A stretch of DNA of 64,000 nt from Chrysomallon squamiferum (GCA_012295275.1 CM022679.1:13764001-13828000), one strand, 5' to 3'. Shown: positions 1 to 12,799, counted from the first letter of the stretch. Numbers and translations: made by a program. Notes: generated from the letters alone by a model not told the origin.

Positions 1-463
1 GTGAAAAAAAATAAAATATTAATAGGATCAAGCTATCCTAAAGGATGCTTGTCACAGTGAAAAAAAGCAGCAGCATTCATTAAAGACATTTATATAAAAA
101 CAGTGAGTAATGGGAATTCAATTCACACAAATAGACTCAAATGTTTTTATAACAGTCATACATGCATTTGCAAAGGCAGGAAATGTCAGCGTTCATATGT
201 TACTCCTGGAGCAACAGCATCATATTATGTACATTCTTTATTATTAGGAAAAACTGGTTAGAAGAAACAAATAAAATACTGAAAGAATACACAGTGCATT
301 TCGACGACTGACTGACTCAAAACAACAAATTTATATTCTTTGACAGAACTGTAAACTAATCTGAATTGAAACATATGCAGTGTTGTGTGAGTGGATTTGT
401 GTTTACGTGTGTGAGTGTATTTTTTCAATTTGGTTAACTGGAAATATACATCTGTCAACTCAC

Positions 464-670
464 CTATTTTGTCTTTTTTCGTTAGTTCTGTTTGTTCTTG
501 ATTTTGCTCAACACCATCTTTGTTTTTGTTTTTACGTCGTATGCTCCACAGTAGGAAAAATATTTGATCTGCAACTGATGATACTATTACTATTGCTAGT
601 ATTACTAATACTACTAGTATTGCTAGTAATACTATTGTATCATAAAGGTCTTCCTGAATCTGGTAGAGAT
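464..670 (-). CDS. Transmembrane and juxtamembrane exon, copy 1
   Basis: ttatttcAG acceptor and GTgagt donor; lies inside ORF 258..698; hydrophobic run followed by RRKNKNK; open through the donor. Confidence 0.85.
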
Positions 671-1439
671 CTGAAATAAAACCAAAGTTTTGTAACAAGC
701 ACCCATAAAAACAACTATGAATTCAGCCATTTTTATAAAGCAAACCAGACTACTGCCATAATACATATACATACACACATTCATACAAACATACATACAT
801 ACAAACATACATACACACACATACATACATACTATACATACATACATACATGAACATACATAGATTCATATATATATATATATATATAAATAATATATAT
901 ATATATATATACACACACAAATACACACAAACATACATATATACATACATACATACATACATGCAAAGACACACACATACATATATCCTCATACACATAT
1001 TCAGACAAATACACATTCACAAACACATACACACACACACACAGATATACACAAACATTAATTATTTTGTGGCTGTAATAAAAAGCTTTACCTTTTTTTG
1101 CCTGATTATCAAGGAAATCTGAAACCAAAACAGAAAACAAATATAATCTGTGAAATAAGCACACAGAAAAGTTGTTACTCTGTATAAAATGAGATCAAAA
1201 ACAAAAGCTGTAACTAACTTTGTAAACATCTATGTGTTTATTTATTTATTTGTTTGTTTGTTTATCTGTTTATTCATTTATTATTTATTTGTCAAATAAT
1301 AAGACACATAATAAAAATGTTACACTACTGTTGTAAAATATAGTATCATCTAGCCTAGAAAGGCCTGCTTTATAGAAACATTTTAAAACATACAAATAGC
1401 AAAAACATTTCTTCTTATTAGAAACCTTTATAATTAATG

Positions 1440-1515
<76 letters not shown>

Positions 1516-1757
1516 TCACAAAGGATCAAAGCACACTGTAATATACATTACAAGGAAACTTTAAACTCGAATGATTATTTATTTTAATAAAAACATTCCT
1601 TTGACAGTGCGTTTTATAAGTCTTAAACAACACAGATATACACACACATACACACAGACACACACAAACATATATATATACATACATACATGCATATCCA
1701 CATAAACATAAATACATACACACACACAGAGACATACATACATACATAAATACATAC

Positions 1758-1822
<65 letters not shown>

Positions 1823-2366
1823 CGTACTTGCATATCAACATAAACATACATAAATATGTAGAGACACAAACACATATAAACACACATACATATATACGTA
1901 CATGTATACATACATGCATATATCCATATAAACATACATAGATATACACACATACATACACACACTCACAATATATACGCACAAATATACAAACACAAAC
2001 ATTTATTATTTCTTAGCTGTAACGATTAATAAGCAGCCTTACCTCTCTGATTAACAAGGAAATCTGAAACAAAAACAAGAAACAGAAAAGTTGTTACTGT
2101 AACTTTGTGAAGATCTGTGAGTTTATCTATTTATTTATTTGACTGTTTGTTTATCTATTTATTTATTTGACTGTTTGTTTATCTATTTATTTATTTGACT
2201 GTTTGTTTATTTATTCAAATAAAAAGACAATAAAAATGCTACAGTTTTGATACAGAAACATTTTAAAATATAGAAATAGCAAAAATAGTTATTCTTATTA
2301 CGAACCTTTAAAGCTAATAAAACACATACACATATTCATTCATATTCAGATACCATTACATAAAGA

Positions 2367-2412
<46 letters not shown>

Positions 2413-2595
2413 TTTACCTACCTTTACAGAAATGAGTACACTGTTTAGGGAAATCCAAACGCTGTGTGAAGCACAAATCACTGATGTCTTTGCAGTAATA
2501 GCACACGCCGTCTTCAGGTACACAATACTCTTCTATCTCATCACATTCATCGTGGCCACATCTAAACGTTGTTCCATGTGTCATATTGATTACTT
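464..2595 (-). CDS. Grindelwald/TNFR-like single-CRD membrane receptor, copy 1 (exons 2422-2595, 2043-2063, 1092-1118, 464-670; continues beyond window start)
   Basis: Four AG/GT-bounded exons of 174, 21, 27 and 207 nt, all phase 1-1, join in one frame: xVINMTHGTTFRCGHDECDEIEEYCVPEDGVCYYCKDISDLCFTQRLDFPKQCTHFCK-DFLVNQR-DFLDNQAKK-DLYQIQEDLYDTIVLLAILVVLVILAIVIVSSVADQIFFLLWSIRRKNKNKDGVEQNQEQTELTKKDKI. It has 8 Cys, a hydrophobic span and a basic stop-transfer patch. Confidence 0.8.
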
Positions 2596-2804
2596 CTGAA
2601 ATAAAACTGTACCGTTATTATTTCTCTAAATTCCAATTAAAGAGTGTATTTGGTAATGCGAAAATACATACATACATACATACATACATGCATACATACA
2701 TACATACATACATACATACATACATACATACATACATACATACATACATACATACATACATACATACATACATACATACATACATACATACATACATACA
2801 TACT

Positions 2805-2836
<32 letters not shown>

Positions 2837-2856
2837 TATACATACATAAATACATA

Positions 2857-2910
<54 letters not shown>
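740..2910. repeat. Dense intronic microsatellites (TACA)n, (CA)n, (TA)n
   Basis: Directly visible; they generate the MYVC/HTYI ORFs in the track. Confidence 0.95.
2422..2595 (-). CDS. Cysteine-rich ectodomain exon, copy 1
   Basis: ttatttcAG acceptor and GTagg donor; Cys spacing Cx4Cx6Cx6Cx2Cx6Cx10Cx3C, close to the recalled Grindelwald CRD spacing (Cx4Cx6Cx6Cx2Cx3Cx11Cx3C). Confidence 0.85.
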
Positions 2911-2915
<5 letters not shown>

Positions 2916-3209
2916 GTACCGGATCCATTATCCGAAGTCCTTGGGGCCTGAGGCCTTCCGAATTTCTGGATTTTCCGATTTTCTGGTACCAAGGCATTTA
3001 AATACGTAAATAATTAGGCATAAACATTTTAATATTAAAAACATAAAGAAAATTGACAATACACAACTGTGGTGACTCGACACGTAAACAATGCGGCGAG
3101 TGAAATGAACGTCAACGCGCGCGAACTACAAAGGTAACGTCGGGGAAAAAAATTCCGATTTTCTGGTCCTTCGGGATTTCAGGACGCCGGATAATTGGTT
3201 CGGTACCTG
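2911..3209. mobile_element. Non-autonomous DNA transposon (MITE) with ~22-bp imperfect terminal inverted repeats
   Basis: Left end cagaagtaccggatccattatccg vs reverse complement of right end caggtaccgaaccaattatccg; TA follows the right end (Tc1/mariner-like); second copy at 52736-53032. Confidence 0.65.
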
Positions 3210-3271
3210 TATATGTATGTGCGTGTGTGTATATGTGTGTTTATAGTTAAATACACACGCACATATGTAAA

Positions 3272-3453
3272 GGTGGTCTTGATGGCCGAACGGTAGTGCG
3301 AGCGATAGGGTGACATACGTTCGAGTCTCATCAGCGGCATCTGACGAGGGTTTGAAGTCGTGACTGGACTTTATCCTCCTGCGCCACAGGAATGTTGTCT
3401 CTGAAGAGTCTAGTCAGACGTAGATTTCACAGAGAATATTCAAAATCCTAAAC
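3272..3453 (+). mobile_element. tRNA-derived SINE-like element
   Basis: A-box-like TGGCCGAACGG and B-box GTTCGAGTC; head and tail segments recur at about 13640-13690 and 13815-13840; copy at 53096-53276. Confidence 0.55.
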
Positions 3454-3639
3454 AACATATATATGTATATACACACATACACTATAAACATGTACGTATT
3501 ATATATATATATTCTTCACACTTTTCAGTTATGTCCATTTATGTCTCTGCTATCTGGCCTTAAATAATAATTTTCTTCATTTTTTTTTTTTTATTATTTT
3601 TTTTTTTAATGTTGTCAAACAAACTGTAGCTATCAGTCC

Positions 3640-3781
3640 ATTATATCTGCATCGACGACAAGGCTACATCAATGATATAAAAAATTTCCGGAAAAACGAC
3701 TCGACACACAAACCACATATTCAGGTTTGCTTGGTGACAAAACAGCTATCAGAGGCTAACTGCTCCTGTAAAGCTGGATGA
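3640..3781 (+). mobile_element. SWIM-zinc-finger-like transposon gene fragment
   Basis: Translates ...KNDSTHKPHIQVCLVTKQLSEANCSCKAG*, resembling the recalled 'CxCxAG' start of SWIM fingers in transposon-associated proteins; copy at about 53470-53609. Confidence 0.4.
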
Positions 3782-4019
3782 GTGTATTTTGGTATTAAAC
3801 TGATATTGAAGCATGGTTTATTACAGTGCAAAGAAAAAAGAAAAGTAACAAACCAGAAGATAACAAATGACACACGTGTCTTTTCAAGACTAATTGTAAT
3901 AGTTGAACTTTTACAATAAATCGTCAAGCTGTTTAGTTTGAATTCACCTCAAAACCTCTAAACACACACACACATTACTGTTTTTCGTTTTCTTAACACT
4001 GTCTGTGGATCCATTAGTC

Positions 4020-4215
4020 CAACCAGTGCACTATAATTGGTATCTACTACCCTATCTGTGGGATGGTACTTCCAATCAAAAATAGTAGCCCATGAAGTGG
4101 AAAGAGTGGACTTTCTACCTCAAAATAGTGTAGTCCTTAACCGTATGTCCGACACCACATAACCGTAAATAAAATGTGTTCAGTGTATCATGAAACAAAA
4201 CATTTCTTTCTTCTT
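4020..4215 (+). repeat. Dispersed SINE-like repeat 3' portion
   Basis: Ends ...aaccgtaaataaaatgtgtt...aaaacatttctttc; diverged copy at about 53850-54045; resembles an abundant gastropod repeat from memory (unverified). Confidence 0.4.
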
Positions 4216-4354
4216 TTCTTCTGTTCAATGCTGTGTTATATATTATTCATATTTAGGTAATTCGTATATAGCTAAATGTCAGCTATGTCTATTATTATTA
4301 TTATTATTATTTGAAAATATGGTCATGTTTATAAAAGACTTTCTTTTTTCAGAA

Positions 4355-4472
4355 TGTTATCGTCCGCATTTTTCTCGTTGTTTTCGGCTTCGGACACGGT
4401 ATATATGTCAGATGTTGTCCACTTTCGTACCGTTCATCCGATTTGCATGTCCCCGAAGCACATCGCTTCACC
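4355..4472 (-). mobile_element. THAP-domain N-terminal fragment of a DNA transposase
   Basis: VKRCASGTCKSDERYESGQHLTYIPCPKPK (Cx4C...F/Y-x-P-x-P pattern); the copy at 54190-54306 retains the ATG (MVKRCALGTCKSD); both decay after about 32 codons. Confidence 0.6.
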
Positions 4473-4849
4473 TTTGTGCCTATGAATAAAGCCTACTAAC
4501 AACGCAAGTATTAACGGTTGCTGAACAATTGAACTAAACAAAAAACAACATAAAAACACACTATGGCGGCGGAAAATGAAATATTATGGGTGTGTGAAAT
4601 AGTGCGCTTTGATTGGTTGAAGTTCTGAAGTGATTGACACCTGTGGAAACATGAATTAAGACAGGGGTCGGCAACACTTGCGCCAATAGCGGGGATTTCA
4701 GTCAGGCCCACCAACTGAACACTTGAACACCAATTATCCTATCCGATGGCAATCCTGATCTAACATCATCGTTAGATATTGTGGTTTTATTATAGTTTAT
4801 TCACAATTATCATATTATTTTATCATTTTACTTAGAAAAAGAATCTGAG

Positions 4850-4918
<69 letters not shown>

Positions 4919-5940
4919 TGATTAAGAGAGAACAGGTATTTGTGGGAGATACAGTTTCATAGTTAAGACTTTGACATACGCCTGTAGAATATGCTCCTCT
5001 TGATAGGACAAAAATCTGCAACAGAATATGCTGATTCCGTCTCCCATTTTGTTGGACTGTAAAATGTTAGTTCTTTGTTGATCTTTTCACAGGCGATAGA
5101 GTTAATACAAAAAAAGTTGGGAAATCGTATTAACCCTCTAAACTTAAGAACACATAACATTTATTTAATACGGTAATATAATAATCTAAGAACAACATAA
5201 AGACAAATCCCCTAAACAAATTTCACCCCACATGTCATTTTTTAAAAAGAAGAAACAAAAATAGTACATGTTACTTTTAAAGATCAAAATTTATTGATTT
5301 ATTTTTTTATCTAATATATTCATCGTATAATTTATTTATTTGTAAAACATTGTTTTTATTTATTTTTATTTATGTGGTTTTTTTGGGGGTTTTTTTTTGT
5401 TTTTTTTTTTTTTTTTTTTTTAAAGTTTCTTTACAAAATGTAGAAAAATGTTATTTTGTCCTGTCATCATTTACCCTAGATAACCTCACACGTTCATATT
5501 TAATACATAGATTATACAGACAGTCTGCAGGTAACTACTTCTATACAGTAATTTTAATACTTTACAGGTGACACTCGATTTCACAGAGCAATAGAGTTAA
5601 CACAAGTCCGGAAAATACAAAAGTCTGGGAAATCGCGAATCTAAATATTGACCCTCAAATTTACCAATACATTAAAGTTTAGTAATTTTACCTACCTGGA
5701 TGATTTGCTTTCCTGTAACTATTTCCTTTAGTGTTCACTTTCGACTCAAAGAATCGGTTAAACTGAAAAGTATTCCGACGAATATTTGAATATTTCCTCA
5801 ACAGGATAACTTAATAGTGTGTACGTAGAGCCAAGGTTTCGAGACGGAAATTACGGCTTGTTCAGATTTATCTGTCGTCGCGTAAGATATATAAATAGTT
5901 CGGAATTTCCAAATCATACCTATTTTTTAAATAGATGTTA

Positions 5941-5988
<48 letters not shown>

Positions 5989-7053
5989 GCTATATTTTAT
6001 TCATTTATTTATTTATATTACTTTTTTAATTATATATATATTATAAGTACTTCAAGATAATCACAAAGTACATAAAATAAAGACGTTATGAACCATTCAA
6101 AAACCATTTTATTTTATTTTTTATTTTTTTCTAGCATAGAGATATTTTTTTGTAAGATATTCTGTGCATGATCATAAGTAAACAAATGATGATTTTAGGT
6201 GAAAATTGGTAATGTAAATAAATAAAATATTGCAATAATAACAGTAATAATAATAAACATCTAAACAAATTTACAAAAAGTTACATAAAAGAAAAAATAA
6301 ATAAATAAGAAAGAAAGAAAGAAAAGAAAAGCCAGTCATTGCGTCTGCAAATACAGATAACATTGATTACACATATGTACGTTTTCATATCATTTAAAAT
6401 AAAAATTAATCTAAAAAATAAAAATAAAATAATAATAAAAATAAAAACATATAATAAAATGAATAAAAATAAATAAAAATATATGTTTATAAAATGAATT
6501 ATAATATTCTGTCGTGCTACTCAATTTTAGAACATAAATTTTGGTTTTCTTTTCTATTTTTAAAACAATTTAGAGGACGAAAATGAAAATATTGCAATAA
6601 TAGCAATAATAATAACAAACATCTAAAAAAACAAAAACAATTACAGTTATAATAGTAAAAATGAATAAATAAAAAATACATAAATAAATAAAAGGAAATA
6701 AATAAAAAATATATATATAAAATAAAACAAATGAAATAAAATTAATAAATTTAAAAAAATAAAATTTATAAATTTAAATAATAATGAAATAAATATAAAA
6801 TAAAATAAAGTTTAAAAAAATATTTTTTTCTAAATACAATATAATTAAATTAAATTAATTAAATAAATAAATTAAATAAATATAAAAACGATTTGAAATA
6901 AAATAAAATAAAATGAATGAATGAATGAATGATTGAATGAATAATGAATGGAAATCAAATAAAATAAATATAAAATTAAATTAAATTAATTTAAAAAAAA
7001 TTAAATTAAATTAAAAGTTGGATTTTTCTTACTTTTACAAATTCCATTACCAT

Positions 7054-7478
7054 TTATGAATACAGCTTTTCAGCGTTTAACCCTTCTTTATCTACGGCTG
7101 GAATCACTGTTTCCAGTTCATTTGGAAGACCTGATCCATTTGGAATATGTTTGTTCTTATTATGTATGGTAATCACTATATCATCATCATCAACAGCAAT
7201 GGTCTTGTCAGCAGTGTTTCTGTTTCTGTTTCTGGAATTCTGTCCAACAGGATGATCTTCATCTGTTTCACTTATTTCCTCACACAACACACTTCCAGAA
7301 CTTCTTCTGTAGAGATGTTTATTAGCATCAACATCCTCTCCTTCTTTTTCATCACTGCTGCAGTGGATATTCCCGTTGAGAACTGCCTGACACAAAGTTG
7401 TTGTATCTGTGTCCCCAGCTCCATCTCCTGCCTCTGTCTGTGATTCAGCACACACGTTCTGCAACACCATCTTGTTCC
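7054..7478 (-). CDS. Terminal exon encoding an acidic low-complexity ~140-aa region; candidate cytoplasmic tail of the receptor family
   Basis: tttttctAG acceptor in phase 1 (compatible with the TM-exon donor); open to TAA at 7054; GC-richer than its flanks; a truncated paralog lies ~1.15 kb downstream of the TM exons of copies 2 and 3. Confidence 0.55.
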
Positions 7479-8479
7479 CTAGAAAAATTAAAACTTAATA
7501 TACTCATATCTTTTATTAGTCACTTGTGTAACTCCATGAGAAAAATATATAAACAAAAAAGCAAACAAACAAATAATAAATACAATAATAAAAAAGAAAA
7601 TGAAATAAACATTGTTAGAAATATAAAAATATACCACTCAGAAATTACTGTTTTAGTGTACAACTCATACAAATTAACAGTAGTGATCTTCAGTCTGACC
7701 ATAATGTAGGTCTCTACTTTGGCAGTATGATCAAATGGCTAAAACACTTTCAGTGTATCTCCTAATTTTTGTTTTTATTATTATCATTATTTATATATAT
7801 ATATATTCGCTAATGATAAAGCATGACAGTAAAAATATACTATCACGAAACTGGATGAGTATTGTAATTTCCCCCCTTTATTTGCATCAATGATCATGAT
7901 GTGTTGTCACACAAACTATAGCTATCAGTCTATCATGTAGGCCTTTTCATTGTCGTCACTGCTTCACTGATGAATGGGGGAAAATGGCGGCGAAAATAAC
8001 AATATTTTGAAACAGTATTATTTTATTACTATACTTTGCTATGAACAACGGTACGCCAAACAAAATAGTAATATAATTGTAAAGAATTTTATCTCAGCAT
8101 TTATCAGACCACAGGTCTCTTATTTCATATAATGACATACGGAGTCCCCTCACTGTGCCCACAGTTTGACAGGACAGAAATCTGCAACAGAATATGTTGA
8201 TTCCGTCTCCCATTTTGTTGGACTGTAAAATGTTAGTCTAAAATGTTGGTCTTTTGAGAAAGAACTATACTGTAATCCCCTACTGTTTTATCGTTTGCTA
8301 TCCTTTATTTACTTATTTTTATCATAGTTCATTTATTTATTCATTTATTTATACTGTAATGCCCCACTTTTTTTGTTATCATTTCTTGTCCGTGATTGCT
8401 TCAGTTATATATAACAATAGGTGCGGGCACAGTGAATAACCCTGTATGTCATGATATGAAATAAGAGATTATTTTTTTA

Positions 8480-9205
8480 AAGCTTCTTTCAGAAATGCAG
8501 AAAATGTTATTTAGCCGTGTCATCATTTACCCTAGATAACCTCACACGTTCATATTTCATATATAGATTATACAGACAGTCTGCAGGTAACTACTTCTAT
8601 ACAGTAATTATAATACTTTACAGGTGACACTCGATTTCACAGAGCAATAGAGTTAACACAAGTCCGGAAAATACAAAAGTCAGGGAAATCGCGAGTCTAA
8701 ATATTGACCCTCAAATTTACAAAAACATTAAACTTTAGTAGACGTAACACCTACATAATACAGTAAAACAATAATGTAAGAACAATATACTGACAAAAAC
8801 AAATTAAAGAAATTTCATACGGTATATGTTAAGAAAAAGGAACAGTAGAAAAATGTAGAGTACGTTGGCTATAGTTATGGGTGAATTGTAAAATGTACTC
8901 TTACCTTGATGGAAACTGGATTGAGAGAGGACTGCCGCCTTCGTATAGTTAAACTCAGAATAACTTAATAGTACGTAGAGGAAACGTTTCATACCGCAAA
9001 TGACAGATTAACCTTAAATCACGTTTCGTTTATGTGATATAAATAGTTCGGAATTTCCAAGTTAAAAATAAATCCATGTCGCAAATTATAATTTTTATTT
9101 TTTATTCTTTATTTTATTTTTTATTTTTTTTTAAATAGATGTTACTTATTATTATTATTTTATTTTATATTTTATTTATTTATTTATATTACTTTTTTAA
9201 TTATA

Positions 9206-9279
<74 letters not shown>

Positions 9280-10995
9280 TTTGTTTATTTATTACTTCTA
9301 TAATTATAGAAAATCTGGTATAAATACTGGTATTATCAATTTATTATTTATGTGGGTTTTCTTTCTTCTAAATCACAAACACACACACACATATATGAAA
9401 AAAGTAATTTCACCTACTTAGATGTGTACTTATTTTCTCACAACTTTCATATTTAATACATAGATTATACAGACAGTCTGCAGGTAACTACTTCTATACA
9501 GTAATTATAATACTTTACAGGTGACACTCGATTTCACAGAGCAATAGAGTGAACACAAGTCCGGAAAATACAAAAGTCAGGGAAATCGCGAATCTAAATA
9601 TTGACCCTCAAATTTACAAAAACATTAAACTTTAGTAGACATAACACCTACATAATACAGTAAAACAATAATGTAAGAACAACATACAGACAAAAACAAA
9701 TTAAACAAATTTCAAACGGTATATGTTAAGAAAAAGGAAGAGTAGAAAAATGTAGAATGCGTTGGGTATAGTTGTGGGTGAATTGTAAAATGTATTCTTA
9801 CCTTGATGGAAAATGGATTAGCAGAGGGCTGCGTGATCGTGTAGCTGAACACAGAATAATTTAAAAGTACCTAGAGGCAAGGTTTCATACCGCAAATGAC
9901 AGATTAACCTTAAATCACGTTTCGTTTATGTGATATAAATAGTTCGGAATTTCGAAGTTAAAAATAATACCATGTCGCAAATTATAATTTTTATTTTTTA
10001 TTCTTTATTTTATTATTATTTTTTTTTTTTTAAATACATGTTACTTATTATTATTATTTTATTTTATATTTTATTTATTTATTTATATTACTTTTTTAAT
10101 TATATATATAATTTTTATTATTATTATTATTATTGCTATTATTGCTATATTAAATTTATTTATTTATTTATTTATTATAACTTTTTTAATTATAGAAAAT
10201 CTGGTATAAATACTGGTATTATCAATTTACTATTTATGTGAGGGTTTTTATCTTCTAAATCACAAACAAACACACACACACACATATATGAAAAAAGTAA
10301 TTTCACCTACTTAGATGTGTACTTATTTTCTCACAACGTTCATATTTAATACATAGATTATACAAACAGTCTGCAGGTAACTAGTTCTATACAGTAATTA
10401 TAATACTTTACAGGTGACACTCGATTTCATAGAGCAATAGAGTTAACACAAGTCCGGAAAATACAAAAGTCAGGGAAATCGCGAATCTAAATATTAACCC
10501 TCAAATTTACAAAAACATTAAACTTTAGTAGACATCTATATAATACAGTAAAACAGTAATGTAACAATATACAGCATACACAAGTTAAACAAATATCAAA
10601 CGGTATATGTTAAGAAAAAGGAACAGTAGAAAAATGTAGAGTGCGTTGGGTATTTTTGTGGGTGAATTGTAAAATGTACTCTTACCTTGATGGAAAGTGG
10701 ATTAGCAGAGGGCTGCGTGATCGTGTAGTTGAACACAGAATAACTTAAAAGTACGTAGAGGCAAAGTTTCATATCGGAAATGACGGTTTATTCAGATTAC
10801 ATGTCGCTTTAGTGATATAAATAGTTCGGAATTTCCAAGTTAGAAATAAATCCATGTCGCAAACTCGAATTTTTATTTTTTTTTAGTCTTTATTTTATTA
10901 TTATTATTTTTAAAATAGATGTTAATTATTATTATTTTTTTATTATTATTATTTATTTATGTTTATTACTTTTTAATTATATATATATATATATA

Positions 10996-11035
<40 letters not shown>

Positions 11036-11350
11036 GCTGCTATTATTGCTGCTATTATTGCTATATTTTATTTATTTATTTATTTATTTGTTACTTTTTT
11101 AATTATAGAAAATATTTTATAAATACTGGTATTATCAATTTATTATTTTCGTGTTTTTTTTTTTTATTCTAAATCACAAATACACACATGAAAAAAGTAA
11201 TTTCACCTACTTAGATGTGTACTTATTTTCTCACAACTTTCAAATTTAATACATAGATTATACAGACAGTCTGCAGGTAATTAATTCTATACAATAATTT
11301 TAATACTTTACAGGTGACACTCGATTTCACAGAGCAATAGATTTAAACTT
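8480..11350. repeat. Diverged tandem array of the exon-like cassette, ~900-bp period (also 33260-36130)
   Basis: cagtctgcaggtaa...tttacaggtgacactcg recurs near 8580, 9480, 10370 and 11270. Confidence 0.85.
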
Positions 11351-11403
11351 TAGAAGACATAAATATCAATTTATTATTTATGTGGGGTTTTTTTCCTTCT
11401 AAA

Positions 11404-11442
<39 letters not shown>

Positions 11443-12799
11443 AAAAAAGGTAATTTCACCTACTTAGATGTGTACGTAATTGCTTTTCTGTAATTTTTAC
11501 CTTTAGTGTTCACATTCGACTCAAAGAACCAGTTAAACTGAAAAGTATTCCGAGCAGTACTTGAACACACCCTCTACGGTGTCGCGATATAAATAGTTCC
11601 ACGTTAAAAATAAATCCACACCGGAAATTATTTTTATTATTATTATTCATTTTTTAAATAGATGTTAATTATTATTATTATTGCTATTATAGCTATATTT
11701 TATGTATTTATTTATATTACTCTTTTATATTACTTTTTAAATTATATATATATTATAAGTATTTCAAGTTAATCGCAAAATACACAAAATAAAGACATTA
11801 CGGACCATTAAACAAGCCTTCTTATTTTTTTTACCGTTTCTCGTTAATTATAAAATTACTGCATCGAGATATTACTTTGTAAGATATTCAGTGCAGGAGC
11901 ATAAGATAAGAAACGATTGTTTCAAGCGGGAATTGTTAAATTAAAATCAAAATGTGGATAAATAGATAAATAAATGATATATTGCAATAATAGCTGTAAT
12001 AATAATAAATATTCAAAAAATAAAATTACAGAAAGTTACAATAAAAAAATAAAACACAGCAACAAAAACAAGAAGAAGAAGAAGAAGAAGAAGAAGAAGA
12101 AGAAAGAAAAAAGAAAGAAAGAAAGAAAAGCTTGCGCAAATACAACTTCGGGAGAGATAACATTTTCATGTGATTTAAAAATAAAATAAAATAAAATAAA
12201 ATAAAAATAAAAATTATGTAATTGAATGAAAATATGACTGCTCCTCTTGACAAGACAGAAATCTGGAACAAAATACGCTGATTCAGTCTCCCAGTTTGTT
12301 GGACTGTAAAATGTTGGTCTTTTGGGAAATAAGGTATACTGCAGTCCCTTATTGTTTTATCATTTGCTATCCTTGACTACTTATATGTAATGTAGGTAAC
12401 AGTAGATGCAGGCACAGTAGAAACAAAGAAACAATAGTACACTATTAAAGATCAAGATAAGCGACCAGTTTATTTAACATCTTCAGTACAATTTATATTT
12501 CTAAAATACACTTTTTATTTATTTATTTATTTATTATTATTTTATTTATTATATATATATTATTTTTTAAGTTTCTTTCCAAAATATAGAAAATGTTACA
12601 AATATTAGGACCTGACTTCTAACTTGATATATATATGTGTGTGTGTGTGTATGCATGTATGTATATGTGTGTGTGTGAGTGTATATATATATAAATAAAA
12701 TAATAAGTATATTTTTCTGCATATATTTTAAAAAGCTTGAGCTATATAAAGCAAAAAACAAATATGTATGTATGTATGTTTTTTTAAATATGTATATGG

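Noticed and set aside
632-3009. Many Cys/His/Tyr-rich ORFs (MYVC, HTYI, CVCV), also at 20431-22205, 42902-44911 and 52469-52825
   Set aside because: Translations of (TACA)n, (CA)n and (TA)n microsatellites
3272-3340. tRNA gene
   Set aside because: A and B boxes are present but there is no convincing cloverleaf, and it continues into a SINE-like body
3725-3781. EGF-like reading of VCLVTKQLSEANCSCKAG
   Set aside because: Too few cysteines; fits a SWIM-type transposon relic better
3721-3927. Hydrophobic minus-strand ORF as the receptor signal-peptide exon
   Set aside because: No ATG; the possible donor would create a TAA on joining; not conserved in the copy at 53549-53749
5531-5567. 37-nt plus-strand GT...AG mini-intron in every cassette
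   Set aside because: Very short for a typical animal intron, acceptor mutated in several copies, and no conserved joined ORF
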